Of a stretch of 64,000 nt of DNA, positions 1-14,186 are shown piece after piece. The stretch comes from Lytechinus pictus. Taxonomy: Eukaryota. The first letter of the stretch is position 1; each line of letters starts with the position of its first letter. A model generated the notes under the pieces. It had not been told where the DNA came from and searched no databases. It saw only the letters and a program-made list of their open reading frames with translations. The position numbers and the translations under genes were made by a program. The stretch spans positions 4,652,001-4,716,000 of the forward strand of contig NC_087251.1 of the NCBI RefSeq assembly GCF_037042905.1, read 5' to 3'.

Positions 1-964
1 CCAGTGCGTGATATTGATACCAGTACAGGTTTTATCAATGACATAAATCAAATATCGTTCATACGAATCAATCAGTGTGCCTTAGTATGACCTTTCATTT
101 AAAAACGACATTATTTATATTAAATACAGGTAAACGTTGCAGCTGTGAATAGATTTGCACTGTATCGTGCTTTTAAAAAGAGAAGTGAAAATTGTAGTGC
201 TTTGAATCAATTTTTTTTTATAAACTTGTAATTTGGAACTTACTGAGGTGATGACGAAAATCATGGGATAAATATTATTATTTACATAATTTAAGGAATT
301 AAATTGATTTCTTTTGAGAGCAAGCTAATTTTATTTACTACTAACTTTCCATACTTTTCTGTATGTAAATAGTTATGTATACAAGACAACGTGTGTTTTG
401 GTTTATTGCAATAACGCATCAAACAAGCACTTCACAGGCTAACCATATTCAATTTGCCAAACAGGAATCAGTAAACAATGCAATATAATCATATGAATAG
501 TATTAATCATCATATGAATAATACACATTGTAGACCAACGTAAGCAGAACACATATTATGGCTCTTGTAAGATAAAAAAATTATTAAGAAAAAATGTTGT
601 TGTTTTTTACGCTATTGTGAATTAGAAATAAAAATATATTTCGAACTGAAAGATATTAATGGTTGCGAATTTTGTAGATAGTATGCAAAAATTTGTAAAT
701 GCGTTTTTCATTAGTTTAGCACAGATGAGTACAACAATTAAAATCTTGTTTGAAAATTGAGAGGTATTAATAGTTTGCAAGTTGTACTATTAATATTATC
801 AGACCAACATTGTACATTGTACGGTAACCAAATGCCGGAGCTCTTTCTCAGCATATTATTCAATTTTGTATGCATTTCACTCTTAATTCTAAAAAATGAA
901 AAATACATATTTTATTGTTCGAAATAGAAATCTGAAACACATGTACTCCGAAAGTTATTTTTAC

Positions 965-1105
965 CAAATCGTGGGCCCGGCAGCAACTGTAGAGAGTGAG
1001 ATCGACGTTACTCTATCCTTTGTTGAACGCCTAACAGGGTAGCAGCAACTCCCATCTTTTGACGTCTTTTGGGGGTATTTTGGTCCCATCTTTTAACGTC
1101 TTTTA
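965..1105 (-). mobile_element. SINE central-domain remnant (resembles sea-urchin SURF1/Meta-domain SINEs)
   Basis: The reverse complement reads AAGACGTCAAAAGATGGGAGTTGCTGCTACCCTGTTAGGCGTTCAAC..GGATAGAG..CGTCGATCT...GCTGCCGGGCCCACGAT, which I recognise from memory as the core of a common echinoid SINE. No tRNA head remains. CCCATCTTTT(G/A)ACGTCTTT is locally duplicated at 1051 and 1085. Confidence 0.6.
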
Positions 1106-4100
1106 ATCTCTTTTAAGTTGTCTAAGGTAAGCCTTGAATATCCTAAAAGGACTATTAACAAGATTAAATTCTACAAAATTCTGGAAAATTATTTACAGGC
1201 CTTGTCTCCCTAAACTTTTTTTAATGTCATGTTTAGCCGAGGTTTGAGTCTGAGGCTGAGTTAATGCCTTCAAATTTACATTTAATGTTAAAATAATCTA
1301 TTGTTCCATGTTTGTGTTACAATGTTGTAATGACTATCGTTACAGATCCTTCAAATATTATATTCCACTATCAATCTACTATTTTTTAAACTTTTGAAAT
1401 GTTTAATCAACTTGACATAATACTAACTTAATATTTCCCAGGTGAATTACTTCAAGTATATACCCTTAATAGTTGGTTGTGGTTAAAATTAACATTCCTT
1501 TAAAAGGATCATTAACTACTGACCGCTGGGTTTATGTGATCGTGGTTACTGAGTTCCAATTTGTGTAGCAATCTAACCATGTAACCTACTTCCATTACTT
1601 CCTTGAATAATTTATTGAAACGGATCTTATCAATATTAGAGAACACCATGTACCAACTTACCTTTCTTTGGTTATCTAAATTTAGATCGATAACATTCTG
1701 CTATAACCAAAGCTGGTATGTCAGTTGAGATAAAATATCAATAGTATAAATACAAATGCAAACGTAAACTCTAAGATATAGCATGTCATACCTATGTGGG
1801 ATACGCAAAATATAATTATGGCAAGAAAAATTTGAGTTTATTAGGAACTTATTGCATAATCTAAGTTGTTGTATTGCAATTGGGATCGAAATGGAAAATC
1901 TCGAACGGATGTAGATTGCTATTATTATTAAAAGTATTCACATTTCAGATTGCCAGAATCTTTACAGCTTCTTTACTATTTCATAAGCAATTTAGAGTGA
2001 ACATGTAATATTTTCGATGTTGACAGCATTATCATTTTAATGTTATCATTTTCAAAAATATGTTAACACTTGTGTTATTGTAATTATCATCATTAATTGG
2101 GAGAAATATAACAGTGATTGCATGACGGTCTTTAAACTGCCAATTACGAAATACTAGATACATGAATATAGACCTCCACGATATAAATCCTACTTTCTTT
2201 TAATTTGAATGCTGATATCTTATTCATAAAAATGCACAATTTTGCTTTTTAAGCGCAGATTTGACCTTACAGACAATGCTCGAGATCTTGGTTTTCCTCT
2301 CGATTTATTTTGAATTCGAAGGATATTGTGATACGATCAGACGTTGATTCAAGAAGAGAATATTTAGTGTTTATGCGAGAGTTTGTGGGTTATTTCACCG
2401 GTCTTATACTTCTCATAATTTTTGTGCTGACGTTGAAGAAGGAAGAACGGAGATACGGGAGAGGGTTTAGAGTCCACCACATCGCGTGTTGCATCCAAAT
2501 CATCAGCTTCAGTCCCACACATAGACTAGATGACTCAAGACCACTGCGGATACCTACAACAAATACAGCGAGGAATTCACCAACCCCTAGGGCTAGCCCT
2601 ACGGAAGAGAAAAGAGCCTTAACCCGGAAGTAATTCTTAATAACTACACAAGTGCCAATAACCTCCCTCATTTGGGGTCGGCCGCAACATAGTAGTAATG
2701 TCATCATAAAAATAAAAATGTGTCTATCCTGGATTTGAGAGGAGGGGTAGTAATAATTTGTGAGATGTTTAATGGCCGGGTGTTGATGGATGTATTTGAC
2801 ATGTGAGATGGTTTGAATTAGAAATACGGATCTGATTGAAGATAAGAATTGAATTTATAGGAGGGTTGTCTCTCTGAATAAACCGAGGCACGTGAGATTC
2901 CTGAAGATAGGTACTTAGAGAGATTCAAGGCCTTTTTTCACAAATTTGAAATTAAAATAAAAATTTTCAATGGTAACATTGCCATGAATAAGAAGCTAAC
3001 AAGAACAATAATTACCGATAGACCTGGAGTAAATGGAAGCGGGAGGGGGGGGGGTAGGCGTTAGGGTGGAAAGGGGTGCATGTAGTGTCGTATAAAAAAA
3101 TGCTCCGTCGATGTGATGTGATTCATGCATAAATTGTGAGATCTTTATCTTTGAGTAAATACAATTAAGGACATGGTGAGAGATCTAACATAATATCCTA
3201 TCTTAAATAGTAAATGCATTTGTTGTAATAACATGTGAATGCAATGTAGATATGTGATACCTGTAGGAGGTCATCAGCAATTATCAATTTTCTATAGCAC
3301 ATTTGATCCAAAAATACAATCGACATGTATAACTGATTGTACTTATATTTCTTAGTATTGTGCTCCAAGACGGTAATGTTTAGTTCATTTATTCTCTTTG
3401 GATATTTTGTATTATTCAAATTAATTTACAATACACATTTATATCTCTCTTTATTTTATTTCTCTGCGTCCTGTTTCTTAAAAAGTAGTTATGAAAAAGC
3501 GAAATTACGACATTATAATACCCGACATGCTAGCGTACTACAAAGCATGAACAAGTGGAGATAAATATAATTTTTAGTGAACCAAAGACATGAATTAAAA
3601 AGTTCGCATTCATGAATGATTAGGCTGGAATTGATGATGATGTATTTCTTTAACTGATGAATGATAAAACCTTTTGTATATTTCAATGATTACATCGCCC
3701 CACAATCGATCTTTGATTCAGCCAATGGTTTCAATTTCTCAAAGCTTCCCGATCCGTTCCAATACCCCGAATTTTCTAAAAGCATCGTCGCATCAATCAG
3801 GGAACCCAATCCATGACAGTGAATATCTAGAGGTATTCCATGGTGAAATATCGATGTTTATATCAAAGAAGATGGAAAGACGTATGTATGATGTTGTTTG
3901 TTAATGTTCACGAATACACAATACTGATATCTCATCTGTACTGCCATCCTTCTAACATGTTACCGATACTCTCTGTCGGTTCTTAGCAAGGGATCTGGTC
4001 CCTTGGGGGTTCATATGACCTTGGACATGATAATGGATACATCATACGCTGAGATTTTTTTCTACTAAGCATATCATTACATAGCTAGGTTTCATCTCTC

Positions 4101-4184
4101 TAGCATAATTATCTGTTTTGTGATATTATTATTATAAACTTCCATACTTAGTAGAATTTGCAGTTACCAGTGAGACTTTGAATT

Positions 4185-5140
4185 CTAAGAACGAACGATT
4201 TTTAAACAATTTCGTAAGATCTTCTCAAGGAGGCCGTACGAAACCAATTCATTCACCGTTCGGAGACAGAAAGTTCGACAGTTCGCAGCTTGGTCTATGG
4301 TCTTGAATAGGTTTTCTTTACGTTGTACTCCCTTCGTAAGGCGGCCGTATGAACGTCGTAGGAACATCGTAAGAACCACACAATATTTTATAGGGTTGGG
4401 AGACAATTCTAGAAGCCTGAATTTCTTACGATAGTCGTATAAGAACGCCTTAGGTTATTCATATATAGAGGGCACTTTTACGGAGATTTGCTCTTATGAT
4501 CGTCTCTTGGCGTTTGTAACTTCTGTTCGTATAAGGGACCTGTAAGGCATATGTACACAGTTTGTGCAGCTGTTGAGTAAAATCTTCTTACGAATGACTT
4601 GAGAGTTCTGAAAGTTGCACGCACTCGCGGATCGGGGGGGGGGGGGGGCAAAGCCAGCCAATGCCCCCTCCTTTTTAGAGGCACAATCCAAATTTATAGA
4701 GTAAAAATGCTGTTAATAAATCAGAAGTGTGCCCCCCCCCCCCTTTGCAAGTGAAGACCTTTTTTTTTTGCATGCCAATTTTTTTTCGTTGACAAAATGT
4801 CCTTATTTTTGGTTGAATACCTTTTTTTTTTATGGCCTGTAAATTTTTTCCTCGGGAAAATATGCCCCCCTTGGAAAATCCTGGATCCGCCCCTAATACT
4901 GATTGCACGTACGACCATCTTGCGACAACATAAATCGTAAGAAGGTAGTTTGTCTGACGAAAGAATAATCCAAGGTATTCTTACGAAAAACTTGCAAATT
5001 CTAAGGCCAATGAGTAACCGAAAATCATTTCGTTTCTCAAGAAGGTCTAGAGAAAAGTCCGTTAGGATCTATGCCCAATTAACAATATCTTGGAGCTCCA
5101 GACTTTGAACGAACAGTGACACTGTCGTTCTACGAACCAT
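4185..5140. mobile_element. Decayed DNA-transposon-like element rich in TCGTAAG/CTTACGA motifs, interrupted by a MITE
   Basis: Seven copies of TCGTAAG or its reverse complement occur in both orientations at 4212, 4334, 4367, 4425, 4587, 4935 and 4980. The region is CpG-richer than its flanks and non-coding. Boundaries are approximate. Confidence 0.45.
4622..4901. mobile_element. hAT-like MITE (GCGGATC-terminus family)
   Basis: Starts CACTCGCGGATCGGGGG and ends GGATCCGCCCCTAATACTG, giving an inverted GCGGATC/GATCCGC core and CA...TG termini. It is flanked by an 8-bp near-direct repeat, GTTGCACG (4614-4621) and ATTGCACG (4902-4909). Internal poly-G, poly-C and poly-T runs. Confidence 0.55.
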
Positions 5141-5740
5141 TTTGACCGTAGCCTTATACGCTAATTTTGACATTTTTTTAAAGGAATCTAATCTGTTGAT
5201 TAAAGTAATGTGTTGAGACATAATGCATCATTCATACTTTCAATATGTTAAGATGTTGTTTAATGTATATCACTTTCATTATTGCATTAATTAAGATACC
5301 ATGTCTTTCCTCTACTTCACTCGTCCACATCTCTGTATTCTCTGATCACTCTTTCACTCTCTCTCCCTTTCTCGATCTATCTTATGAGTCTCAGTATCTC
5401 TTCTATCAATTAAAATTCAAACTCTTCTCACATTGTACACTTCTGATACCGCTTTCTGTCTTAATTTCGTCTCCAATGACTTTGGACCATCTTGAGATTC
5501 AAGGCCGTCGTCATCTATGCAAATGACTTGTCTCTTCACTATCCACTTCTCCTGCTCTCACGGGTGTCGATGATGTATCACACTAGACCTGGAAGTGAAA
5601 AAAATGCTTATAATGAGGAATTTTCACACAAAATATATCTTGTTGCATTCATTATAATTTTCTAGCGGCACAAAAAAGGAAAAGGGGAGGGGTATATCAT
5701 GATAGAGGGGAGGAAACAGCTAAGTACATGTGAATATAAG

Positions 5741-5920
5741 GATGGATGTAGATGTATAGATAGATAGATAGATATATAGATAGATAGATAGATAGATAGA
5801 TGGATGGATGGATGGATGGATGGATGGATGGATGGATAGATAGATAGATATATGGATGGATGGATAGATAGAAAGAGAGATAGATAGATAGATAAATAGA
5901 TAGATAGATAGAAAATAGAT
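5741..5920. repeat. Compound (GATA)n/(GATG)n microsatellite
   Basis: Directly visible tetranucleotide arrays; they account for ORFs 5662-5967 and 5720-5938. Confidence 0.95.
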
Positions 5921-6739
5921 GTAAAGGGGTAAATACATAAATTGCTAGTCTTTTCTATAGCCAACACACAATGGCGTAATTAGCCGCCCCCCAAAAAAAA
6001 AAAAAAAAATGAAGAAATTGGGTCACACATGACGTGTGTGACAAAAGTTCATAAAAGTTTCAAGCGAGAGAAACGATAAAAAAAAAGAAGTCTAATTTCC
6101 TGATAGATTTTGATAATGATAGATATTTAAAAAATAACATCATAATGTAATATTTTATCTTCATTTTATGTAATCGCCTTCTTTTTCTTTTTTTTTCTTG
6201 GTCGTGGAACTGTACTCTAGTGCCGACACCCTTGCAGACATTCTGTACTATATGTCCACTGGTAATTCTGTTTTATCTTTTCTTGTATCAGGAAAACTGA
6301 TTTAGTTTTATAAATAAAGAGGATTGTGCGAAAGGAGCTGAACTTCAGGAGCTGTCGATCTATCTTCTGACTCGCTCTCGATTACTCAGTGCTGTGACTT
6401 TATATCTTTATACCCCCGGTTTATTTAGACATGCCACGACCAAAAAAGATTTGTAGCCCCTATTACATATCTAACAGTGTCCAGGTCATAACCTTGAATT
6501 TTCCTTGACTTCCCGTTTAATTGACCGTTTGGCCAAAGCTCCAATCGACAACCAAATATACCGTCACACGTCTTGGTAACCCAATAATTAATATTTCTAG
6601 ATAGTTTCATTGAGCAGATTCCAATGATTACAAAAAGTCAATATGAGTGGCTTGAAACATCGGTTGAGGGGGATGTTTAACCTTAAAAAGTTTGATAGAA
6701 GTAAGACAGCAAGTTGAACGTGGGAATGGACGAAGAATG

Positions 6740-7353
6740 AAGGGACCAATCAGAGAGCTTGTTCAAGAACGTCTGTAGATAGGGCATGTCGGATACGGGT
6801 TACTCCTTACTCTATAACCCGTTACACCAGTACGAACCGCGTAGCTAACTATCGGACACCCCATACAGACATGCATCCAGCCTCCTTTGTCATCTTCTAC
6901 AAACAAATCGCAAAATAAGGGAAACAAGTAAAGCGAGGTGGCTTTGAATTTTTATTAAGAGGAATTCGAAACTTGGAGATCTGTTTATCATGCACTTCGT
7001 TTTGGGGCTGTATGTCGTGACTACATTATTCGATAGGGTTTGTGAATGAACTTACTGGTGGAGTGTCGACGTCTCACATTCATGAGCACTACTTTTTAGT
7101 CAAGAGACTCTTTCTGAATCCACCGGGTACTTCCGGTCTATAAGCCGGCTCCCAGTTTGCTGGGATTCCCTTTCTCTCATTCATCTACAAAGTAAAAACT
7201 TCTTTTTATAAAAAAAAAGGCGCGTTTCAGTATAAACGCTTGGAAAGAAAAACATTCAACCGTCGTGCTTGTCTGAGAAAGGAACTATAAACGGGTAGAG
7301 GCTTACTCGCCGACAAATCAATAGAAACATCAACATCATCATCGGCTCGAATA
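6740..7353 (+). promoter_or_regulatory. Probable Pax1/9 distal promoter and 5'UTR of exon 1
   Basis: CCAAT box GGACCAATCAG (CCAAT 6746-6750) and TATA-like words at ~6813, ~7139 and ~7231. The stretch is CpG-richer and lies directly upstream of ATGATGG|GTAAGT. The TSS cannot be fixed from sequence. Confidence 0.5.
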
Positions 7354-7360
7354 ATGATGG
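7354..7360 (+). CDS. Pax1/9: Pax1/9 coding exon 1 (ATG ATG G; 7 coding nt)
   Basis: aataATGATGG is followed by a perfect donor GTAAGT (7361). A phase-1 join to the acceptor tttcctccAG|AACAAACC (14187) gives [11 protein letters not shown], the canonical Pax1/9 start. This mirrors the ATG-G first coding exon of vertebrate Pax9. Confidence 0.82.
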
Positions 7361-10300
7361 GTAAGTGAAAATATATTTTTGCTGATTGCCGCTGCTTTCA
7401 AAGCACGGACACTATGTTCCCCTAAGGCCGACACTATAGGCACACCAGCCATCCGCGTTCCGGGTATACATCATTCGAGGGGAAAGACAATCTAAACATT
7501 TAGTAAGGTCTATTAATGAAAATCAATGTTTTGCCCATGGGTTGTTAAGTACAGGATAAACGATAGGGATCTGAAGGCATTGGAATCGAGGCAGTTAAAA
7601 CCATTTTAGCAGTCCCAGCGCAGGTTATTTGAACAATATTTATCGGGAAGTTCTTAAATCGATATGTACCCGCGTTCTACCGGCTCAAACATGACAAATG
7701 CATGCACCCAAAACCAGTAATGCATCGATACGCTAAGAGCTATTTTTCCATTTCTTCATTTCCATGATTTATGTCCTAAAGTGGTGTATATATCGTTGAT
7801 CAAAGGACAATATCATCATCTATGATTATCTTTCTTTCTTTTCATTCTTTCCTATTCATTTCAAATAACAAAAGTAAGTATGATAAGAAATGGTATTTAT
7901 ACTCTTGTTGTAGATGGACATGTTTGTCAAAATAGTGAAATATTATAATTGAATTAGTTTGATTTATGTATACTATCTTGCTCATGTACGTCTCTGTGAT
8001 ATGAAAGGAAAACCTTGTAAATATGTAAATTCAATATAAAGAAAATGATTTTTTTTGCAGTAATTATAAACCTGAATTTATTTCTTTAAGAATTATTTTG
8101 TAAAATAATAAAAAGAAGTCAGTTGAGAGAGAGAGAGCGTGTTTTTGTCCATATTATAATCTTGAGGAAACAAATTAATTTTTCGTTTCAATATTTAATA
8201 ATTTTTTAAAACCATGTTTACGGATAATGCGTTGTTATGGGGGCTATTGTATTTTTGTTGCAATGATTTGTTGTAGTAAATGTTTTACTTTGTAAGACCC
8301 ATGGAAAATCATTAGTAACAATCTATATATTTGCAGTTCGAATTGGATTCCTATATATGCGTAATTTTTCTTCGTCAATATACACTTTTCAAACTTTTGT
8401 AAGTTTATGGGACTTTTATTTACGAAAATTGAAACAACAATACCTTTGTTTAAAGTCAAATGGCATTTGCAATAAAAAGGGGGAAAACAGTTTGAAATTG
8501 GAACTTAAATTGCATTTTGTTCGCAGTGTGCCTTATCTTATTCCCTTTCCTTTGCATCATTCAATACTAATTACACGAATATTGGTTTAATTCAAAATGA
8601 TTATCAAAGTTGTTTGACAACGTTGCATGCACTCATTTTGAGACACTGACTCAAACTGCTATACACGTTTTTAACATTATTGTAATGGAATTTTTAGTTC
8701 GTGTTAATTTTGCTCTCGAGTATTTTATGTAATGGAAATCCTAAACCGAATTCGATCGAAATTTCAATTGAAATCCTGTTTGTTATATGTTACCCGCTCA
8801 CATAAATACATGAATAAAATTTTTGTTTATGAAATGGGCACGATTTTCTTTTGATAATGAGATGCCTTCGAGACAAAACAATTCCCCTTTTATCAATCCA
8901 ATGATTTCATTCCAGTTAAGAACGACTATTTTAGTAACATATCTATTTCATTCTATTTGAGAAAAATCATTAAGAGCCACACACATAGACGATATTTCTC
9001 TCAAACTTGTGTTTCGGAAGTTTATAAAGCCAATTGGAGTACTATTTCTTGTGAATACTTCATAATTATTTTTCCTAATACTGCAGAAAGAGGCATGGAG
9101 ATGATTCAACAAGTTCCCTCTTTTAACTTTATTGCCTATACAAGTCAGTCATATCTAACATTTTGTCTATTGTACTTAATTATAATATTAAAAGTACGTC
9201 GATTTGTATAGAGACGCTGGTATTATAATCCCTTTAACAAATTTTGCATGAAAAACAAGAACTTGCGTTTGATAGAATTTAAGACAATGTTTATTACAAA
9301 CCTTGTCTCTCTAATATTTATTTCTAATATTTCAATATACGAATATTACAAATGTAATTTATGATTTTATGAGAAATTTCCCTCTTCTGTCAGCACCAAA
9401 CTTAGCACGAAATGAAATCTAAACACAATGGACAATTGGCTGTTCAAACTGGATTAACTCTGTCCATATGCTGCCTAAAACCGCTGTGTAGATTCAATTT
9501 CTCTGTTATTATACTCGCTACAAAAAGTATACATTCCATAATGACAAGGAGATTTGTCTATCGTGTGGAGGTCTCGCAATCCGATGCCGAGGCTTGAGCG
9601 GGTCGAGCGAGGTGAGTGAGCGGGTTAGTAGCCGCGTGAAGTAACCGCTCGTTTATGAGCTCCCGACGACAGATCCCAGACTAAGGCAAGGTGAAGAGGC
9701 GAAAACTATGAAAACATCCAGAATTATACAATTAGTTCGAGGGGAATGAAGGGGAACAAAGGTGTAAAAGGGGGAGAGTTAAAAGCGATGAATTATCCGA
9801 TATCATTCCGAGGAAATACTCGCTATCCATGTACTGATTCCTAATGATTAGAATAATACATTCATCACTGAAGTGTAATTTGACTCGTCCGAACCGAGAG
9901 AGCTTTATTAGCGGTACAATTTGAGATTCAGATTTGAAGAAAAAATAGGTCGCTGACTTGGAATTGCTGAAGTCCATTCATCGATAAAATAGTATGGAAG
10001 AGCTTTATACAAAACATAATAATTATGTATTTCAAGCACTCATGTAAATATGAATAATATTTCTACTGTTATTGTTTGTAATGCATAAGTTTATACAAGG
10101 AACCGCAATGTGGTAACGTTCAATAAACTTGTCTTTAAATTGTTGATTAAAACGATATATCAAGTTCATTAAGTTATAGTCACGAACATTGATAATGTTT
10201 TTTTCAATGAGTAGGTTTTACTGTGATCATGCATAGTGTTATGGGGTGAAAAGAAAGAAATAAAGAAGAGATATGACTGTGCATTGGAATATTGTGTTTG

Positions 10301-13300
10301 ATTTGCATTATTTATAGTAAATGTATTTCCAGAGGGTGCTCGCAATATTGCATGCATCTACCCGTTAAAAATCATGTCAATTCCCTTCATTTCCTTTCCT
10401 TTGCAACGCTTGAAATACATTACCCTGCAGCCACTTGGCAAGATAATTATTTAACAACTCTGCCCCTACTTTCACTCCAAATTCATAAAAACATACCCCT
10501 AATCATTCCCTATCCAATTCTGCCCTTCTTGAAGTTTAAAGAAGAGCACGGGATCTAGCTTCTGCCAGAGTTTAGTTGATGGGTCTGGACGATATAGCAC
10601 AATACCCGCCGGTCCAACCGCATTGACAGAGAAAACAAGGTTTTAGCTTCACCAATCGATAGGCAACACAGCGAGCAAACATTGTGTAGCTGTCATACCC
10701 CTGGGGATGAGGTTATAGCTCTGTCGTCTGCTAGCAATGCCAGTAGACAACATGTCTCAATGATCATGACAACTAATTTCTCTTCTCTTCATCTTCCATT
10801 CACGTTCCAAAGCAGTCCCAAACAGTTCTAGATGAAAAATAATTGCACACTCCCATCTACGCCGGATGGTTAATTACTATCTAAACTTATATGATATTCA
10901 TTTTTCTTTTTAACGCAATGTTTTCAAACTTTTGGGTGGCTATTTCAAAATTGCATTTGAGAGTCTCTTTATGCTTAGAATGAGGACGAGAAGGGACTTG
11001 CTAGGAAGATACCTGTTTCATATTTTCACCGAATCCTCAGATGGAAAACTAGTGATGAAATGTTTTAATTAGAAGTGTATCGTGAATAGTAAATGACCGG
11101 TGTTACCGATCCCATTTTGTATCATATTCTCGTATAGCCAGCTGAGGACGCTTTCTACTCACACGTGTGTTTCACACAAAGACAGACAGGTTGCTTTACC
11201 ATCAATAAGGTCTCATGAATATTAAATGTACTAACCCTATTATACGCCTTGTCAATCTCGTTCATGCGTACCAAAAGCAACCATGGAAGAACACACTTGC
11301 AACATATTCACTTCCACTCACTTAAAACTCTTCACTTTCGCTAAATTCTCTAGAGGAAAATCTAGAATTAAATGAATTATCCAGGTTGGATGGAAGTGTA
11401 TACGACTTCAGCAGCGGCTGCATGCTGCTAAGAATGGGAAATACCCGATAGTTTGATGTCTGGCCCCCGGGTCTGGGGCGACGCAAGAGCTGCACGCGTC
11501 CGTATGAGCCGTGCGTGCCCTAAGAGATGTGTTACGATATAGGACTAATTGAATTGGCAAGTACGATTACTGGGTAATCCTTAATTCAAACATTTTCTCT
11601 CATCCGCATCCACAGCCCTTTGGGGGTCCCCGGGCAAACATGGCCGCTGACTCGAAGCCAGGCAATCATTCGTGACAATTCACTAGGCAATCCATGACTT
11701 CTGTCAGTTATTAATATTGCCTTAATCGTTTCGTTATATAGACAGCTTAATCAGGGGGGCGGGCAACAGATAGAGAATGGGAGATGGGTGACGAAAGGCA
11801 TTGAAAATAAAAACTGTTAAAGAACACCAAACCTCCTCACAAAAACAACAACAGAAAAATGACGAGATTGATAGATATAGAGAGATAGACAGAGGCAGAG
11901 AGAGTCAGAGAGACAGAGAATGGGGTTGGGGTACATGGGTGGAGAGGAGAAGAGAGCAAGCAAAAACAAAACAAAAACAGAAGGAGCCAATAAGCATATA
12001 TCTCTAAACAAAACAGTGTCATATTTCGAACAAAGAAAATAAAAAATGATAAGTAAGGATATACGACATGATTATGTAAGCGTTCTTCTTCTTCTTTTTT
12101 CTCAGACGTGTATTAAAATAAGACATTGGGGCCCAAGTTAAAAGTCACCTTTACAAAGACATAAATGGACCTCCGAATCAGTTGAAGCATGCTGCTAGAT
12201 CTAAGACGCATGTCAGAATGGCTTGTTATAAGAACAAATAAAGGTTGAGGGGAAAAGATATTGTACAATCCAAGAGGGGAAAAAATGTTAGAGTGGGAGA
12301 GACGGACAGAAAGAGAGAGGGAGGCGGAGAGAAGCAGGGAGAAAGACAGAGGCAGGGGGAGAGAGAAAGAGAGAGTTCAATGGGGGAGAGGGGCAGATGA
12401 AAATGTTAAAGCGAAAATTTTATCCGGTATGCCATTTAAAGAAAAATCAATATTAATTGTCAGTCTGCAAGCAATGATACACATTTATTTCATTCTCATT
12501 CATCGCTCCATCGAGTGTATTTACTGAGCAAACTACAAACATTTAATCCATCGCCATCAGAAAATCACGGTAATGTTTGAATAGAATTATAAATACCGCA
12601 ATTCAAGCTTTCAAATTCATTTACTCCCTTTTGTATGGTTTTTATAATGATTTTTGAAGCTTTAAACAGCAGCAAAAATGGGATGCAACTTATTTAATTT
12701 ACTGTGAATTTTTAAGGAAAAAAAACACTTTCATTCTCAGCATGACTATATAACATCAACATGATCAATGAGGACCCAAATCAGTATTCCAAGATTTGAT
12801 CTGATCTCAAATAATAAGTGTGTGCTTTAAAATGTTCAATGAACATGGACCAGATGGCACCATATCAATACGATTTAAATGTGTTACGAATTTACTTATG
12901 AATGCGTGTTGGATTTTACTCATTCCTTCCAAGCAATATTCTACATGACATCAAATAGCATAATGTTTAAGAATATCAAATTCCACACATATTTATCAAT
13001 ACTCCTTTGTTAAATTCAGAACTGATATTATTTAATTTTAAGAAAGGGATGGAACCAGAGGCTGGGAAAGCTTGATGATAATTGAGAGATAATAAATGGA
13101 CCAAGCAGGTATAATAAAGTAATACAAAACTCACAGGGACAGGGGGGTTCTTCTTATTATTTGGCAACCAGTCAATTTGACAATTTTCGCCATCATAAAT
13201 ATTCTTCAAGTAAAAATAAAAATTCAAATAGTGATTTATTTGAACTTATTTCTCATTTTTTGTTCTTTTCTCTTTCTTTTTCTTTTTCTTTTATATATAT

Positions 13301-14186
13301 ATATTTTTTTTTTTTAAAGTAAAGGTTTGATTCAAGTCTTGTTTTAAGGAACGTTGAATGTATCAAGGACAACGAATGAAAACTAAGAATAGGATGATAG
13401 AGATGGATGGAGAAAGTAAAGATTAATAGGTTAAATTGAAGTAGAAAAAAGGAAGAGAGAGAGAATATAACGGGCGATAGGGTGTTAAGATTCTTCTTTC
13501 AAAATGATATTACGTAATTGAAACAATATAGGGTAACTTAAGTGTAAAATATGAGATCTTCGTTCATGATACAAATTTTTATTATGAGGATTATTAAGAA
13601 ATACATTTAAACACACACAATTTCATGGATTTGTATTAATACTGTAATGTACAGAAATGCTTATTAAAATGATAAATATGTTAAGAATGTATTCGAATAT
13701 AATAAGGAAATTTATATGGTAATATTTTTGTTTGGCTGGTTAATCCTATGGGGATAATCATTAGAATTTTCACAAAGTCCCATGGGAGCTCGAGGTCATT
13801 GATTTGGAAGTCGATTCGATGCGGAATGGTACTCATACAGCATTGAGTCGGAAACGTTCTTCACGTTGATCAAACAGACCACTGCCATTCTTAATGGCGT
13901 TCACCTCTCTTCATCTCTCTCTACCTTCATCCCTTTCTCTCTCACTTTCCTTCCACCCTCGGACAGTCAAAAGGGAGTCGTATTGCCGAGCTCGTCACAC
14001 TCATTCGTCCATCGCCGTCGTAGCTCGCTCGTTCGTTTGCTCGACGTTCGGTCAGCTGCGCTCCATCTCATAGCATCCCCTCTCACACTCTCATCCGATC
14101 CATCTCATTCTCCTCCTCACACCCCTCTCATCCAAATCTACCAAGTTAGTGTGTAACCATGGCTTTTTATGGTATGTTTCCTCCAG

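Noticed and set aside
2310..2707. Overlapping ~105-aa ORFs on both strands
   Set aside because: No recognisable domain, no convincing splice sites and a TTG start on the + ORF. More likely a GC-richer upstream non-coding region.
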